Shown piece by piece: positions 1 through 12,269 of a DNA stretch of 64,000 nucleotides. The notes below the pieces were generated by a model. It was not told where the DNA came from, did no database searches, and saw nothing but the letters and a program-made list of their open reading frames with translations. Within the stretch, counting starts at the first letter, position 1; the number at the start of each line of letters is the position of its first letter. Location: positions 46,748,001 through 46,812,000 of the forward strand of contig OX597815.1 of the NCBI GenBank assembly GCA_951406725.2. Direction: 5' to 3'. The DNA is from Octopus vulgaris (lineage: Eukaryota). Position numbers and translations under genes: made by a program.

Positions 1-266
1 GCCGCAGTCAAATGACAGAAACAAGTAAAAGAATATAGGAATATATGTATATATATATTATATTAATATACTTTGATACTTTGATAGGTTTCGGGCATTA
101 TTGGCCCAGGCCATGTCTAACTTAATAGCACCACCTGGTATATATTAATATATACACACACACATATATATATATAATTAATCAAAGGACATACTACATG
201 TGTGTTGCCCCAGCATGGCCGCGGCCTTCGGGCTAAAACATTTTTAAGGATTTAAGGATTTTAAGG

Positions 267-306
<40 letters not shown>

Positions 307-361
307 TTTTACTTGTTTCAGTCATTTGACTTTGGCCATGCTGGAGCACCACCTTTATATA

Positions 362-421
<60 letters not shown>

Positions 422-923
422 CACATACAGGGGGGAGAGAGAGAAAGTGTGTGTGTGTGTGTTTCAGAGAGAGAGAGAAAGAGAGATGTTTAAACCGGCC
501 TAGAGAAAAATTAAGAGAGCTAAGGGATAAGAATGACAGAGGGAAAAAGAAAGTGACGAAAGAAAGCAAAATAAATTAATTCACCCTTTTCCCTTATTGC
601 TTTTCTCTATTTTCACGACTAAAGCATTCTCTCGCCTGCGTGCGGGTGTGTGTGCATGTGTGTGTGTGAGTGCGTGTGTGCGTAGCAGCGTGCGTGTGTG
701 TTCCAGTTAGAAAGAGGTGATGAACATGTATGTCTTTTGATATTTACCTTTTACTTGTTTCAGTTAAGAGGATGGGGCACCACTTTGAAGGGTTTGGCCG
801 ACCAAATCGACCCCTCAACTTATCTTTAAGCTTGATACTTATCCAACCAGTTTCTTTTTACCGAACTACTAGTTTACGGGGCCTAAACAAATCAAGAGAT
901 TGTAGGGGACAAACACACGAAAA

Positions 924-1005
<82 letters not shown>

Positions 1006-1034
1006 GTGTGTGTGTGTGTGTATGTGTGTGTGGA

Positions 1035-1333
1035 GGCGCAATGGCCCAGTAGTTAAAGCAGCGAACTCGCGGTCTTAGGATCGCGGTTTCGATTCCCAGG
1101 CCGGGCGTTGTGAGTGTTTATTGAGCGAAAACACCTAAATAAAAAGCTCCACGAGGCTCCGGTAGGGGGTGGTGATCCCTACTGTACTCTTTCACCACTC
1201 TTTCTCCCACTCTTTCTTCTGTTGGCCTGCTCGCTTAGCCAGCGGGGTGGCGTCATTCGAAGGCTAAAACAATGCGAACGCATTGTGACCAGCGATGTGT
1301 AACAACATCTGATGGTCTGATCTTTCACGTGAT

Positions 1334-1340
<7 letters not shown>
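1035..1340 (+). mobile_element. tRNA-derived SINE, family C (3' fragment also at ~23017-23130, - strand)
   Basis: Head GGCGCAATGGCCCAGTAGTTAA...GGTTTCGATTCCC has A/B-box-like motifs. The 3' part (ACAATGCGAACGCATTGT...CACGTGATCACGTGA) recurs in reverse at 23017-23130. Confidence 0.75.
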
Positions 1341-1364
<24 letters not shown>

Positions 1365-1374
<10 letters not shown>

Positions 1375-1620
1375 TATATACATACATATATGAACATACC
1401 TACATATATATGTATATATACATGCATATATGAGTACAGGGCATCAAAAAAAAAAGAACCTTGAACACAATGAGAAACGAAAACATAAAAACAAAAGCAT
1501 AGAAAACGAACTTATTTTTCGAAAAATGAAAAAAACCCCAGAGAAACGAAACATGCAACATAAAGAATATTCCCCTTCATCAGTTGTCCCTGTTTCATCT
1601 ACTCCCCTTTTCGAGTGTGC
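1365..1620 (-). repeat. Interspersed repeat family E, probable PLE 3' UTR/pLTR derivative (also ~4405-4610, 13345-13690, 22730-22920, 37740-37845)
   Basis: Copies share CATATATGGGTACAGGACG..GAACAAAATGAGAAACGA..CCTTCATCAGTTGTCCC. At ~22440-22920 the family lies directly downstream of a GIY-YIG remnant. Confidence 0.6.
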
Positions 1621-1692
1621 GTCTTTGTTTCTGTGCCCCCGTTTGACAACCAGTATTGGTGTGTTTCCGTCTCTGTAACTTAGCGGTTCGGC

Positions 1693-1769
<77 letters not shown>

Positions 1770-1781
1770 TATATATATGTA

Positions 1782-1824
<43 letters not shown>

Positions 1825-1825
<1 letters not shown>

Positions 1826-2218
1826 TAGCAGTATCGCTCGGCGTTGCTCGGGTTTGTAAGGGAAATAACTATATAAGCATTTTTAGAGAGTTATAGCAAA
1901 AAATAGCAAAAAAATGCATTAAAAATGGAAAAAAAATGATGGTAAATTTTTAAAAAATCGTTGACTCATCGTAGACATTTTTAGAGAGTTACTTCTCTTA
2001 TATAATATCGAAAAAAATGCATTATAATGGGAAAAAATGATGGTAATTTTTTTTTTAAATCGTAGACTCATCGTAGACGCGCGCTACCCAGAAGGGCTCG
2101 ATATGAATCACGACTATAAGATACCCGGTTTTGGTTAAACTGCACCGCAAAATGTGGGAGTAGTTAGGAATCTAAATCGTAGGAGACAGACACACAACTT
2201 GACTTTTATATATAAAGA
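1825..2218 (-). mobile_element. Non-autonomous Helitron
   Basis: On the - strand it starts A|TCTTTATATAT and ends with a GC-rich hairpin (CCCGAGCAACGCCGAGCG) then CTAG|T. No TSD. The 3' end is shared with 36355-36571. Confidence 0.75.
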
Positions 2219-2289
2219 TATATAAATATGCGAGTGAGTGTGTGTGTGTGGGGGGGGGAATTAATGCCTGTTTTTATGCTTAGTTATAA

Positions 2290-2845
2290 TCCATCCTACT
2301 AATGGCACAAGGCCTGAAAATTTAGTGGGAAGAGACTAGTCGATTAGATCGACTCCAGTACGCAACTGGTATTTAATTTATCGACCCCTAAAGGATGAAA
2401 CGCAAAGTCGACATTGGCGTAATTTGAACTCAGGACGTAGAGACAGACGAAATACCTATTTCTTTACTACCCACAAGGGGCTAAACACAGAGAGGACAAA
2501 CAAGGATTATATCGACCCCAGTGCGTAACTAGTACTTATTTAATCGACCCCGAAAGGATGACAGGCAAAGTCGACCTCGGCGGAATTTGAACTCAGAACG
2601 TAGCGGCGGACGAAATACCTATTTCTTTACTACCCACAAGGGGCTAAACACGGAGGGCACAAACAAGGACAGTCAAAGGGATTAAGTTGATTATATCGAC
2701 CCCAGTGCGTAACTGGTACTTATTTAATCGACCCCGAAATGATGAAAGGCAAAGTCGACCTGTGCGGAATTTGAACTCAGAACATAACGGCAGACGAAAT
2801 ACGGCTACGCATTTCGCCCGGCCCACTTAACGTTTTTGCCAGCTC
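2290..2845 (-). mobile_element. Head-to-tail array of three partial family B SINE copies
   Basis: The block ATCGACCCCGAAAGGATGAAAGGCAAAGTCGACCTCGGCGGAATTTGAACTC occurs 3 times, joined twice at GACGAAATAC|CTATTTCTTTACTACC. Confidence 0.8.
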
Positions 2846-2868
2846 GATGTCGTGTGCTTAGTTATAAT

Positions 2869-2951
<83 letters not shown>

Positions 2952-3366
2952 TGATGATGATGATGATGATAAAAACAATTTCCAATAATCTAATGATTTT
3001 CTCTATACTAGGGGTGGGGACCGTCTTAGTGCAGCGGGCAAAAATTCCCAAAGAAAACAGTCCGCGAGCGGATCACAAGTTTTCACTCTTATATCTGTGT
3101 AGATCTTGTATATTTTGATATACATTAATAAAGATAAATTTAACACGTTAAATTAACGCGTAACATCTTCTTAAACGCCGTCTCTGATTTTAGAACGTGT
3201 TATATTGCACATGAGGTATTCTATATTTTTCACTTAGATTGTAGTTGGGTCTCAAAGGGGTGGTATCTATTCGAGTCTAACCGTTTTCAGTCCTAGTGGA
3301 AACGCGACCTGTCCGAATTAGGCATACGAATATTGTAAAAATTTTATAACTGAAAAATTTACTGTA

Positions 3367-3529
3367 GGCGCAGGAGTGGCTGTGTGGTAAGTAGCTTCCT
3401 TACCACCCACAAGGTTCCGGGTTCATTCCCACTGCGTGGCACCTTGGGTAAATGTCTTCTACTATAGTCCCGGGTCGACCAAAGCCTTGTGAGTGGATTT
3501 GGTAGACGGAAACTGAAAGAAGCCTGTCG

Positions 3530-3625
<96 letters not shown>

Positions 3626-4040
3626 GATATATATATATATATATATATATAGATATATATATATATATAGTTAATCCAAACATGAACAAAGAGAAAACAC
3701 AACAACGCGAGGACGTGGAACAAGTGTAGTGTTATTGGAGAAACACTACACTAGACGGAGAAAGAAAATCGCCAACAATACACACACACACACACACACA
3801 CACACATGTGCGTGTGTATGAGTGTGTGTGTGTATGTGTGTATGTGTGTCTGTGTTTGTCCCCACAACATCGCTTGACAACCGATGCTGGTGTGTTTACG
3901 TCCCAGTAACTTAGCGGTTCGGCAAAAGAGACCGATAGAATAAGTACTAGGCTTCCAAAGAATAAGTCCTGGGGTCGATTTGCTCGACTAAAGGCAGTGC
4001 TGCAGCATGGCCACAGTCAAATGACTGAAACAAGTAAAAG
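3367..4040 (+). mobile_element. tRNA/CORE-type SINE family A with expanded internal microsatellite
   Basis: GGCTGTGTGGTAAG head, GGCACCTTGGGTAAATGTCT CORE-like segment, central microsatellite, and tail CAGCATGGCCACAGTCAAATGACTGAAACAAGTAAAAG. About 30 full or partial copies occur in the window. Confidence 0.85.
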
Positions 4041-4753
4041 GGTGTATTTTGTACATACGAGTATATCAGCCTGCGGGCGAAATACAATGGGGTTGCGGGC
4101 GCAGTTGTGCTTGCAGGCGGGGGTTTCCATACCCCTGCTCTATACTTTTGTTGAGTGCAAATTTATTCGTATACGAGAATGCTGTTGACCGTTTCGGCCA
4201 ATTAAGCCATCGTCAGACTCTGTATGTGCATATCTTTTTATGCTTCGATTCTTTTACTTGTTTTAGTCGTTTGACTGCGGCTATGCTGGTGCACCACCTT
4301 GAAAAAAATTAGTCGAACAAATCGATCCCAGGATTTATTTTTTAATCCTAGTACTTATTCGATCATACACACACTCACACACATAATATAATATAAATAA
4401 TATATATGCATATATACACATATACATGTACATGCCTACATATATATGTATATATACATGCATATACAGGACGTCAAAAAAAAAACCTGAACAAAATGAG
4501 AAACGAGAACATAAAAGACAAACGCATGAAAAACGAACTTTTTTTCGAACAACGAAAGAAACCGAGAAACGAAACATAAAGAACATTCCCTTCATCAGTT
4601 GTCCCCGAGTTTATATATACGTGTATGTGTGTACGATGGGGTTCTTTCAGCTTCCGTCTAATAAATCCTCTCACAAGGCTTTGGTCAGCCCGAGGCTATA
4701 GTAGAAGACACTTGCTAAGGTTTCATACAGCGTGACTGAACTCGAAACAATTT

Positions 4754-4803
<50 letters not shown>

Positions 4804-4809
4804 ATATTG

Positions 4810-5011
4810 TTTTACTTTTTTCAGTCATTCTGACTGCGGCCATGTTGGAGCACTGCCTTAAAATGTTTCAGTCGAAGAACTCAATCCCAGGCCTTATTCT
4901 TTGCAAGCCTAGTACTTATTCTGCCGCTTGATTACGGGGACATAAGCACACCAGCATCAATTGTCAAGCGATGTCGGCTGTACAGACACAAACATATGCA
5001 CACATAAATAT

Positions 5012-5073
<62 letters not shown>

Positions 5074-5205
5074 CGGGCTTCTTTCAGTTTCCGCCTACCA
5101 AATCCACTCACGAGGCTATGGTCGGCCCTAGACTATAAGACACTTGCCCAAGGTGTCATGCAGTGGGACTCAACCCAGAACCATGTAGTTGGGAAGCAAG
5201 CTTTA
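4810..5205 (-). mobile_element. SINE family A
   Basis: Reverse-complement match to the head, body and tail of the 35605-35980 copy. Confidence 0.8.
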
Positions 5206-6089
5206 CACACACACACACAGAAGTTTGTGATGACTTTGATCGGCTTTAATAAAAAGCATATTACTCTACCTTTGGTATTCGAGTACTAAATTTTTCCACT
5301 TTGTTCTGCATTTATGTGCTTCCTTGTGTACGAATACCCCCACACACGACGAGCTTCTTTCAGTTTCCGACTACCAAATCCATTCACAAGGACTTGGTCG
5401 ACGCTCGGGCTATAATAGCTGGCACCTGTGCAAGGGAGCCGCGCAGTGGGACCGAACCTCGGACCGTATGGTTGGGAAGGAAACTTTTTACCACACAACC
5501 ACGCCTCAAGTTCAGAAAACAGAAGAGAAAGTGCAATATGTAAATAGATTATGTAGATATACATAGATTAATAACAACAACAATAATAGTCCTTTCTACT
5601 AAAGGCACAAAGCCTAAAATTTGGGGGCGGGGATAAGTCAATTACAACGACCTCAGTACTCAATTGACCCCTCCCCCCGACCTCAGTACTCAATTGACCC
5701 CCGAAAGTATGAGCCGGTCAATCCTTTCTATTATAGGTATTTTTGGAGGACGCGAATAATAACAATATTTAAACAGTTTAGGGAGTAACAGAAGAAAGAG
5801 AGAGAGAGAGAGAGAGAAAGAGAGAGGGAAAGAAAAAGGAAGGAAGAAGCAAAGAAATAAAGAGGAAAGACAGAGAGAGGCGGGGAGAGTGAGCAAGAAA
5901 GAAAGAAAGAAAGAAAGAAAGTGGGTGAGGAAGGAAGAAAGAAATTGTGAAGGGGACATGAAACAGATAGAGTAAGGGATCTGAAGTAAGGAAAAGGGCG
6001 AATGAAGGTGTCAATAAATGAGAGACGTAGATAAAAAATTCAAGAGAGGTAGAGATAAGAATAACGGATAGAGTGATATGAATGAAATT

Positions 6090-6185
6090 ACACGGTGTCA
6101 TTACATGCTTAGGGTGTGGTAATCATTATATTGGCCAAACAGGAATATCCCTCCGTCGAAGAACCACTCTCCACAAAGAACATAA
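6090..6185 (+). pseudogene. GIY-YIG endonuclease remnant of a Penelope-like element
   Basis: Translates as VITCLGCGNHYIGQTGISLRRRTTLHKEH (CxxC-YIG-x-T...R...H pattern). Confidence 0.7.
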
Positions 6186-6248
6186 GAAACTGGAAGAAGC
6201 CCGTCGTATATACATATATATATGTGTGTGTGCGTGTGTGAGTGTGCG

Positions 6249-6386
<138 letters not shown>

Positions 6387-7816
6387 TTCGTATCTGTGTT
6401 TATTCCCCCATTAACGCTTGACAGCCGGTATTGGTGTGTTTACGTCCCCATAAACTAGCGATTCGGGAAAAGACACTGATAGAACAAGTATTAATCTTTA
6501 GAAAAAATAAGTCTTGGGTTAATTTGTTCCACTAAAACCTTTCAAAGTGGTACTTCAGCGTGGCCGCAGTCAAAATGACTGAATCAAGTTAAAGAATATA
6601 TACACGCGCGCGTGTACATATATATATATACATATATATATTAATATTTGAGGCAAGCATGAGTTGAAAAATACTGAAATTTGTAAAGTAATTACATACC
6701 AAAACAGGAAATTGAGAAAATGTTTTGCTATTATTTATTCAAAATTACACATGTTCCGTTTGCTGCTAGAAGTCGCAAAATTCAGATAGAGAATCAAAAA
6801 TACGTTTGAAGAATTTCCTGTAGGAGATATTTTACCTTTTTTTTCCATAGGTACAATTTTGTAACTCCTACTAGCAAATGAAACACACGTAAAGCTGGAT
6901 AAATAATGCCGAAAATATCCTACCAGCTCCTATTTTCTCACACACAAACATACACACACACTCGCACACATACAAACAACATACACGTTAACCAGCTGTG
7001 AAAAGTACACAACTTTATTACATCACATATTTTATTTCTCTGGTGTCAGCATAATAATAAAATAGAAAAACTTTGGTCGATTTCATGAATTTCTATTCTT
7101 TCCTTGCTCCTCACCAGAAAATGTATCGCCATGTTCTGTCCATCGGTAAAATTATAAACATTTAGCATTTTGTATGTGCTGAGAAAGTGAATTGTGGATT
7201 AACTACTTAACGTTGCACTTGTAAAAATCTGAAGGGTAACAACTTTATTTTTTTACAGTGTGGCTAAACCATATGCATAGGAAACTAGTTATTGTTCTTG
7301 TTTAACTCCAGGTAAAATTTGATCACGGGTAACTATAATCAAATAATTCCAGTCGCGTTATTTTTTCCTTATTGGTTTTGTCTCTGAAGAAGTAGGTTAC
7401 ATTATTATTTAAGCCATCTTCACTGTTTTTAAAACAATGCGCTATAATTTGAAGAAGATTGGGCATTTGATTCTTGCAAGTCAGATATCTACGAAGAGGT
7501 CGCTTCAGTGGCTTGCAAGAAAATTGCTTGTTGTTGTTGTTGTTGTTGTTAAGCAACAAGATGGGTAAAGGTGAATAGGTGACGGTCCAGGGCTTAGGAG
7601 CGGGAGACCCCAGACCTTGGAGAGAAAAAAAACTTTGGGCATCTTGTAGTCGAGGGCTCTTCGTTGACGTCCGACACCACTGGGAGGTGGCCCTCGATGT
7701 CGCTGGAAACGGAGATCTCCAGGTCCAAATTCTTGGATGGCTGCCATTGCTGTTGTTTGTGTTGTTGCTGGTAGTGTTGCTGTTGTTGCTCTTGCTGCCA
7801 TTATTTAGCCACAGGT

Positions 7817-8029
7817 AGGCGGCGAGCTGGCAGAATCGTTAGCACGCCGGGCGAAATGCTTAGCGGTATTTCGTCTGCCGTTACGTTCTGGTTACAAATT
7901 CTACCGAGTTCGACTTTGCCTTTCATCTTTTCGGGGTCGATAAATTAGATACCAGTGAAACACTGGGGTTGATGTAATCGACTATTCATTTCCCCACAAA
8001 TTTGAGGCGTTGTGCTTCCAATAGAAAGG
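7817..8029 (+). mobile_element. SINE family B with 17-bp TSD
   Basis: GGCGGCGAGCTGGCAGAA head. ATTATTTAGCCACAGGT is duplicated at 7800-7816 and 8030-8046. Confidence 0.9.
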
Positions 8030-8123
8030 ATTATTTAGCCACAGGTGACATCTGTTCGAGCAGATCTAAGATGAAAAAAAAATTCTATGATCGTCAGCTT
8101 GTTTATATATTTCTTTGGTCATT

Positions 8124-8226
<103 letters not shown>

Positions 8227-8830
8227 GATATGAAAACAATACCGAGTTGTAAGAATGAGATTTGTTTAAAGCTTCTTTCTGGCAGAACCACCCTGTAAAG
8301 GCGGCCTCAATTATTGAACAGAGGGTGTAGAGTTTTTTTTATTACATAATACATTCTTAGATTAATGCTCTACGGTACATGTCAAATACCATTTTACTGG
8401 TGCGAAATTATTTATCAGTCAACCTGTCAGGTAGTGTCAGGTTAAATTTATACCATAGTAAGTACAATCATTCAATGCTTGGAAACCATGGATTAGCCAG
8501 GTTTAATAATAAATCATATACAAAAGCAACGATGAACGTTATCTTTAGGAAACGATGAATGTCGCTGGAACATTTCCGTTACACATGTGTTTATGTGTGT
8601 ATGTGTGCAAGTGCGTATCTTTTATCTATATCTTTTACTTGTTTCAGTCATTAGACTACGGTCATGCTGGGGCACCGCCTTGAAGAATTTCAGTCGAACG
8701 AATTGACCTCAGTATTTACCTCTTTGTTTAAAGCCAAGCCTGGTACATATTCTATAAATTTTAATGCCGAACCACTAAGTTACGAAGAGGCAAACATACC
8801 AACATGGGCTGTCAAGCAGCAGGGAGGACA

Positions 8831-8872
<42 letters not shown>

Positions 8873-8873
8873 C

Positions 8874-9484
8874 ATACAAAATTAAGAGGAATTACCACCA
8901 AGGTGGACTTCTAATATGCTAAAGATAGATGTCAAGTCGCCTTACCACGAAGAGTGTGTTCTCAAGAAAACTTTCAGCAAAACGCCAGAATGTAAAAATA
9001 AGCAAGACAAATGAAAATATACGAAATAAAAAACGATTACCTACGTACCAATGATTTCGCTTGTTAATATTTACAAATGTAAATATCTGCAAGGTCATCA
9101 GCGTAGTCCGTCGCTTACAAAACACAATTTTCAGAACTAGACACAGAAAACCCACTCGAAAGAAAGTATGTATAAAGTTCTGCAAATATTTGGGGGTATT
9201 TTTCAAATGTCTTCATTTTTGGCGCGCTGAGGCCGGAAATAACTCTGCCATTAATACATTTCTGCGGCTAATTTACCGGTTAGAGAACATTGTTATTTAA
9301 AAAATTGAATAATGAGGGTAGAAAGTGATATTAATAAATTAAAATCAGTGGCTTAGCATATTTAAAAAATCCGAAGATTAAAAATTATATTACAAAATTA
9401 AGAGGAATGACCACCAAGGTGGACTCCTAATATGCTAAAGATAGACATCAAATCACCTTACCACGAAGAGTGTGTTCTCAAGAA
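8874..9484 (-). mobile_element. Non-coding PLE-derived/retrozyme-like element with ~95-bp terminal direct repeats
   Basis: TACAAAATTAAGAGGAAT...GTGTGTTCTCAAGAA occurs at ~8875-8968 and ~9392-9484. It encloses a hammerhead motif and abuts (TA)n. Confidence 0.65.
9041..9106 (-). ncRNA. Type I hammerhead ribozyme motif
   Basis: - strand: CUACG CUGAUGA CCUUG...CAAGC GAAA UCAUUG GUA CGUAG. Stem I is a perfect 5 bp. Stem II has an inner hairpin, but its closing pair is C-C instead of G-C. Confidence 0.7.
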
Positions 9485-9534
9485 TATATAAATAAATGAA
9501 AGAATGGAGTCGAACGAAGATGTTAACAAAATTC

Positions 9535-9625
9535 CTTTACTCTCGACATATGTTTCGAAGACAACATGGTTTCATTCCAAAAGAATAAATGGTGCATTAT
9601 GCAATCTTCTCATCAGGAAAGAAAG
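9535..9625 (-). ncRNA. Type I hammerhead ribozyme, intact core
   Basis: - strand: CUUUCUUUC CUGAUGA GAAGAUUGCAU...AUGUUGUCUUC GAAA CAUAU GUC GAGAGUAAAG. Stems I and II pair, and stem III is the palindrome ACAUAUGU. Predicted cut is between 9545 and 9544. Confidence 0.85.
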
Positions 9626-9899
9626 GGAGCCTCTCTCGACAACAAGACAAACAAAAATTTCGATGACTGCCTACATGGTAAACAAAACGATAATGAGTGT
9701 TTTTTAAAAAAACCGTTAGAAGAATTGACGTCAAAGATAGATAGTAGGAAGAGAAGGGTTAAAGGAATAATAGGTAGGGAACAAGTGGAGAGGGAAGGGT
9801 ACGTTGATTGAAAGAATGTTCGAAGGCTTAGGAAAGAATTTCGCTATTGAAGTGGGGTGGACGTTAAGCTAATTGTTCAAACCACAGTGACTATCGTTA

Positions 9900-10733
9900 T
9901 CATTTATATGAGTAGAAAGTGTGTTTCTGCCAGTGTTTACATTTGTATGATTTTTCTATGATTGTGTTTACAAGGGGAACCTTAGAGAAGAGAATATGGA
10001 AAAGTTCAGAGTTGCAAATGTTACAAAATCTCCTGCCCTTATCAAAAGGAAAGGATACAGACAGTATGAACCAATCTAACTTGAAATTTATATTGTTGTC
10101 TTTAAGACGCCAAACTAATATACTTAGCCCTGTACTATGTCGTTTTTTACTATCCCTGAATGTTGAATAATGGTTTGAAATTCTCTTGGATAACTGGTAA
10201 GTGGACGCTCCTATATAGAAGAAGACATCAGTACCGGAAGAAATTCTACACTGGTAAATAGAATTCTTAATCTTAGAATTACTAGACAAAAATTTAATTC
10301 TGTTGGGGTTGTCCTCCGAGATCGAAACGAAGTTTTTATTGCTATGATTGTTGTTACTATTATTATTAGCGCCAACAACTACACTATTTCTATTATTATT
10401 AGTATTATTAATGGTAATACAACCAGTAATACCACCGACAATAATACCGTTATTGTTATTACCATCAACATTACCATTGTTATTAACACGACTAATACTA
10501 TTATTAATATTATCACTGTTAACACTTTCGCTGCTAACAATGCTGTTACTATTAATACTATTCCTATTATTATGATTGTTTGATGGGTTGGAATTAGCAA
10601 GATTAGTGTTGGAACTCCCGAGTGGAGAATCTTTGTTTAGCAGCTTGGTATTGTGAGAAGATATAATTTGTGAAAGATAGTAAAGGAATGTCGAGAGTAA
10701 AGGAATTTTGTTAACATCTTCGTTCGACTCCAT
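9900..10733 (-). CDS. GIY-YIG endonuclease ORF of Penelope type (277 aa, no RT domain, Asn-rich linker)
   Basis: Motifs SQIISSHNTKLL, SIYQC, FFYIGAST, KRISNHYSTF, HSTGLS, CNICNSE and CKH match the PLE endonuclease pattern. The frame is open. Confidence 0.75.
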   Translation of the reverse strand: MESNEDVNKIPLLSTFLYYLSQIISSHNTKLLNKDSPLGSSNTNLANSNPSNNHNNRNSINSNSIVSSESVNSDNINNSISRVNNNGNVDGNNNNGIIVGGITGCITINNTNNNRNSVVVGANNNSNNNHSNKNFVSISEDNPNRIKFLSSNSKIKNSIYQCRISSGTDVFFYIGASTYQLSKRISNHYSTFRDSKKRHSTGLSILVWRLKDNNINFKLDWFILSVSFPFDKGRRFCNICNSELFHILFSKVPLVNTIIEKSYKCKHWQKHTFYSYK

Positions 10734-11280
10734 TCTTTCATTTATTCATATACAACACACAAATTTCTGCACATGAACCCGGAGATTCTATCCTTGGACA
10801 GGTCGCTTCAACCGTGTTTCTGACGTGAGTTTGCTACCCAGGTTTCGGTTACACGAATTTTCCATGCTGACGATAAACATAGGATAATTCATTCATCTAT
10901 ATATATATGTATGTATGTATGTATATTTATGTATATGACGGGCTTATTTCAGTTTCCGTCTACCAACTCCGCTCAGAAGCCTTTGGTCAACCTGAAGCTA
11001 TAGGAGAAGACACTTGCCCAAGGTGGTACGCGGTGGGACTGTGTCCGGAATCATGCGATTGGGAAGCAAACGCGTATATAATTACATCACACACATATCA
11101 AGAAGCACACTCTCGCCATTAAAAACCACAATTACTTCACATAATTAATAGTAACATTAGCTGGGCATTTGTTTTTTTATATTTGATTGTTTTTATTATT
11201 ATTGATTTTTATTATCACCATCATCATTGTCATCATCGCCATCATCCTCATCATCATCATCATCATCCACCACATTATTA

Positions 11281-11342
<62 letters not shown>

Positions 11343-11409
11343 GATTTGCTCTCTCTCTCTCTCTTTTTAAAGTGTACATGCTTTAAAAATGGGCAAATTT
11401 TAAAAATAG

Positions 11410-11705
11410 CATACAACACAAATCTATCAGGAAATGTAATTTATGTCAAAACGTGCTGTGGATACGGTGAAAATTATATCGGTCAAACCATCGCGTCACA
11501 GTAAACGAATGTCGATTCACCAATAACAAATATATGAACCGAACACAAGACTTCGACCCGGCGAACATTTAGATAGATATGCAGGAACTCAGTCATTAAG
11601 ATTTACATTGTTCTCATTATATTACCGTGTAAAAAAATATGAGTGAGCAGAAAGAACAATTAAAGCAATTGTTTGTTAAAAAAATATAAACCAAATTTAA
11701 ATTAA
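11410..11705 (+). pseudogene. Decayed GIY-YIG endonuclease (PLE 3' end)
   Basis: NVIYVKTCCGYGENYIGQT followed by stops and frameshifts, ending in FVKK/YKPNLN*. Confidence 0.75.
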
Positions 11706-12043
11706 CCAATTACTAACACTTATTTTTGTTTCATTTATTAATACTTATACAAAATATTAAATTTTTTGAATAATCGAAGTACAAAAATTTACACCCTACT
11801 TAATTTGGGAACATTGCTTTCCTAAGTAACCCTTAACATTTAGCCGTTGCAGTTTGGGAGATTGTTTATTTCCTCATAATTTGCTAAATATTTATTCCAT
11901 TCACTTGAAAGTTTCACGAAAGATAGATATTAGATATATCTAGATATGTGTATAATATCAAGTCTCAATATTTTGTTAATCTGCTATAATAAATATTTCA
12001 ATACACCTGTTCTTACTGATTCTTATATTATTGCCACTACTGT

Positions 12044-12108
<65 letters not shown>

Positions 12109-12174
12109 CATGTATGTATGTATGTATGTGTGTATGCGTGTATGTATGTATGTATGCATATATGTATATATATA

Positions 12175-12269
<95 letters not shown>

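Larger units (their letters stand above)
9485..10752 (-). mobile_element. 5'-truncated Penelope-like retroelement with inverted terminal repeat
   Basis: A ~65-bp inverted repeat (9485-9549 vs 10688-10752) encloses a GIY-YIG ORF and a hammerhead in the 3' UTR. Confidence 0.85.

Noticed and set aside
2290-2845. CRISPR-like repeat-spacer appearance
   Set aside because: The units are SINE segments without unique spacers, the context is eukaryotic, and there are no cas genes.
9504-9707. 67-aa ORF sharing its N-terminus with the GIY-YIG ORF
   Set aside because: The shared start is just the inverted repeat, and the rest is the antisense of the hammerhead/UTR.
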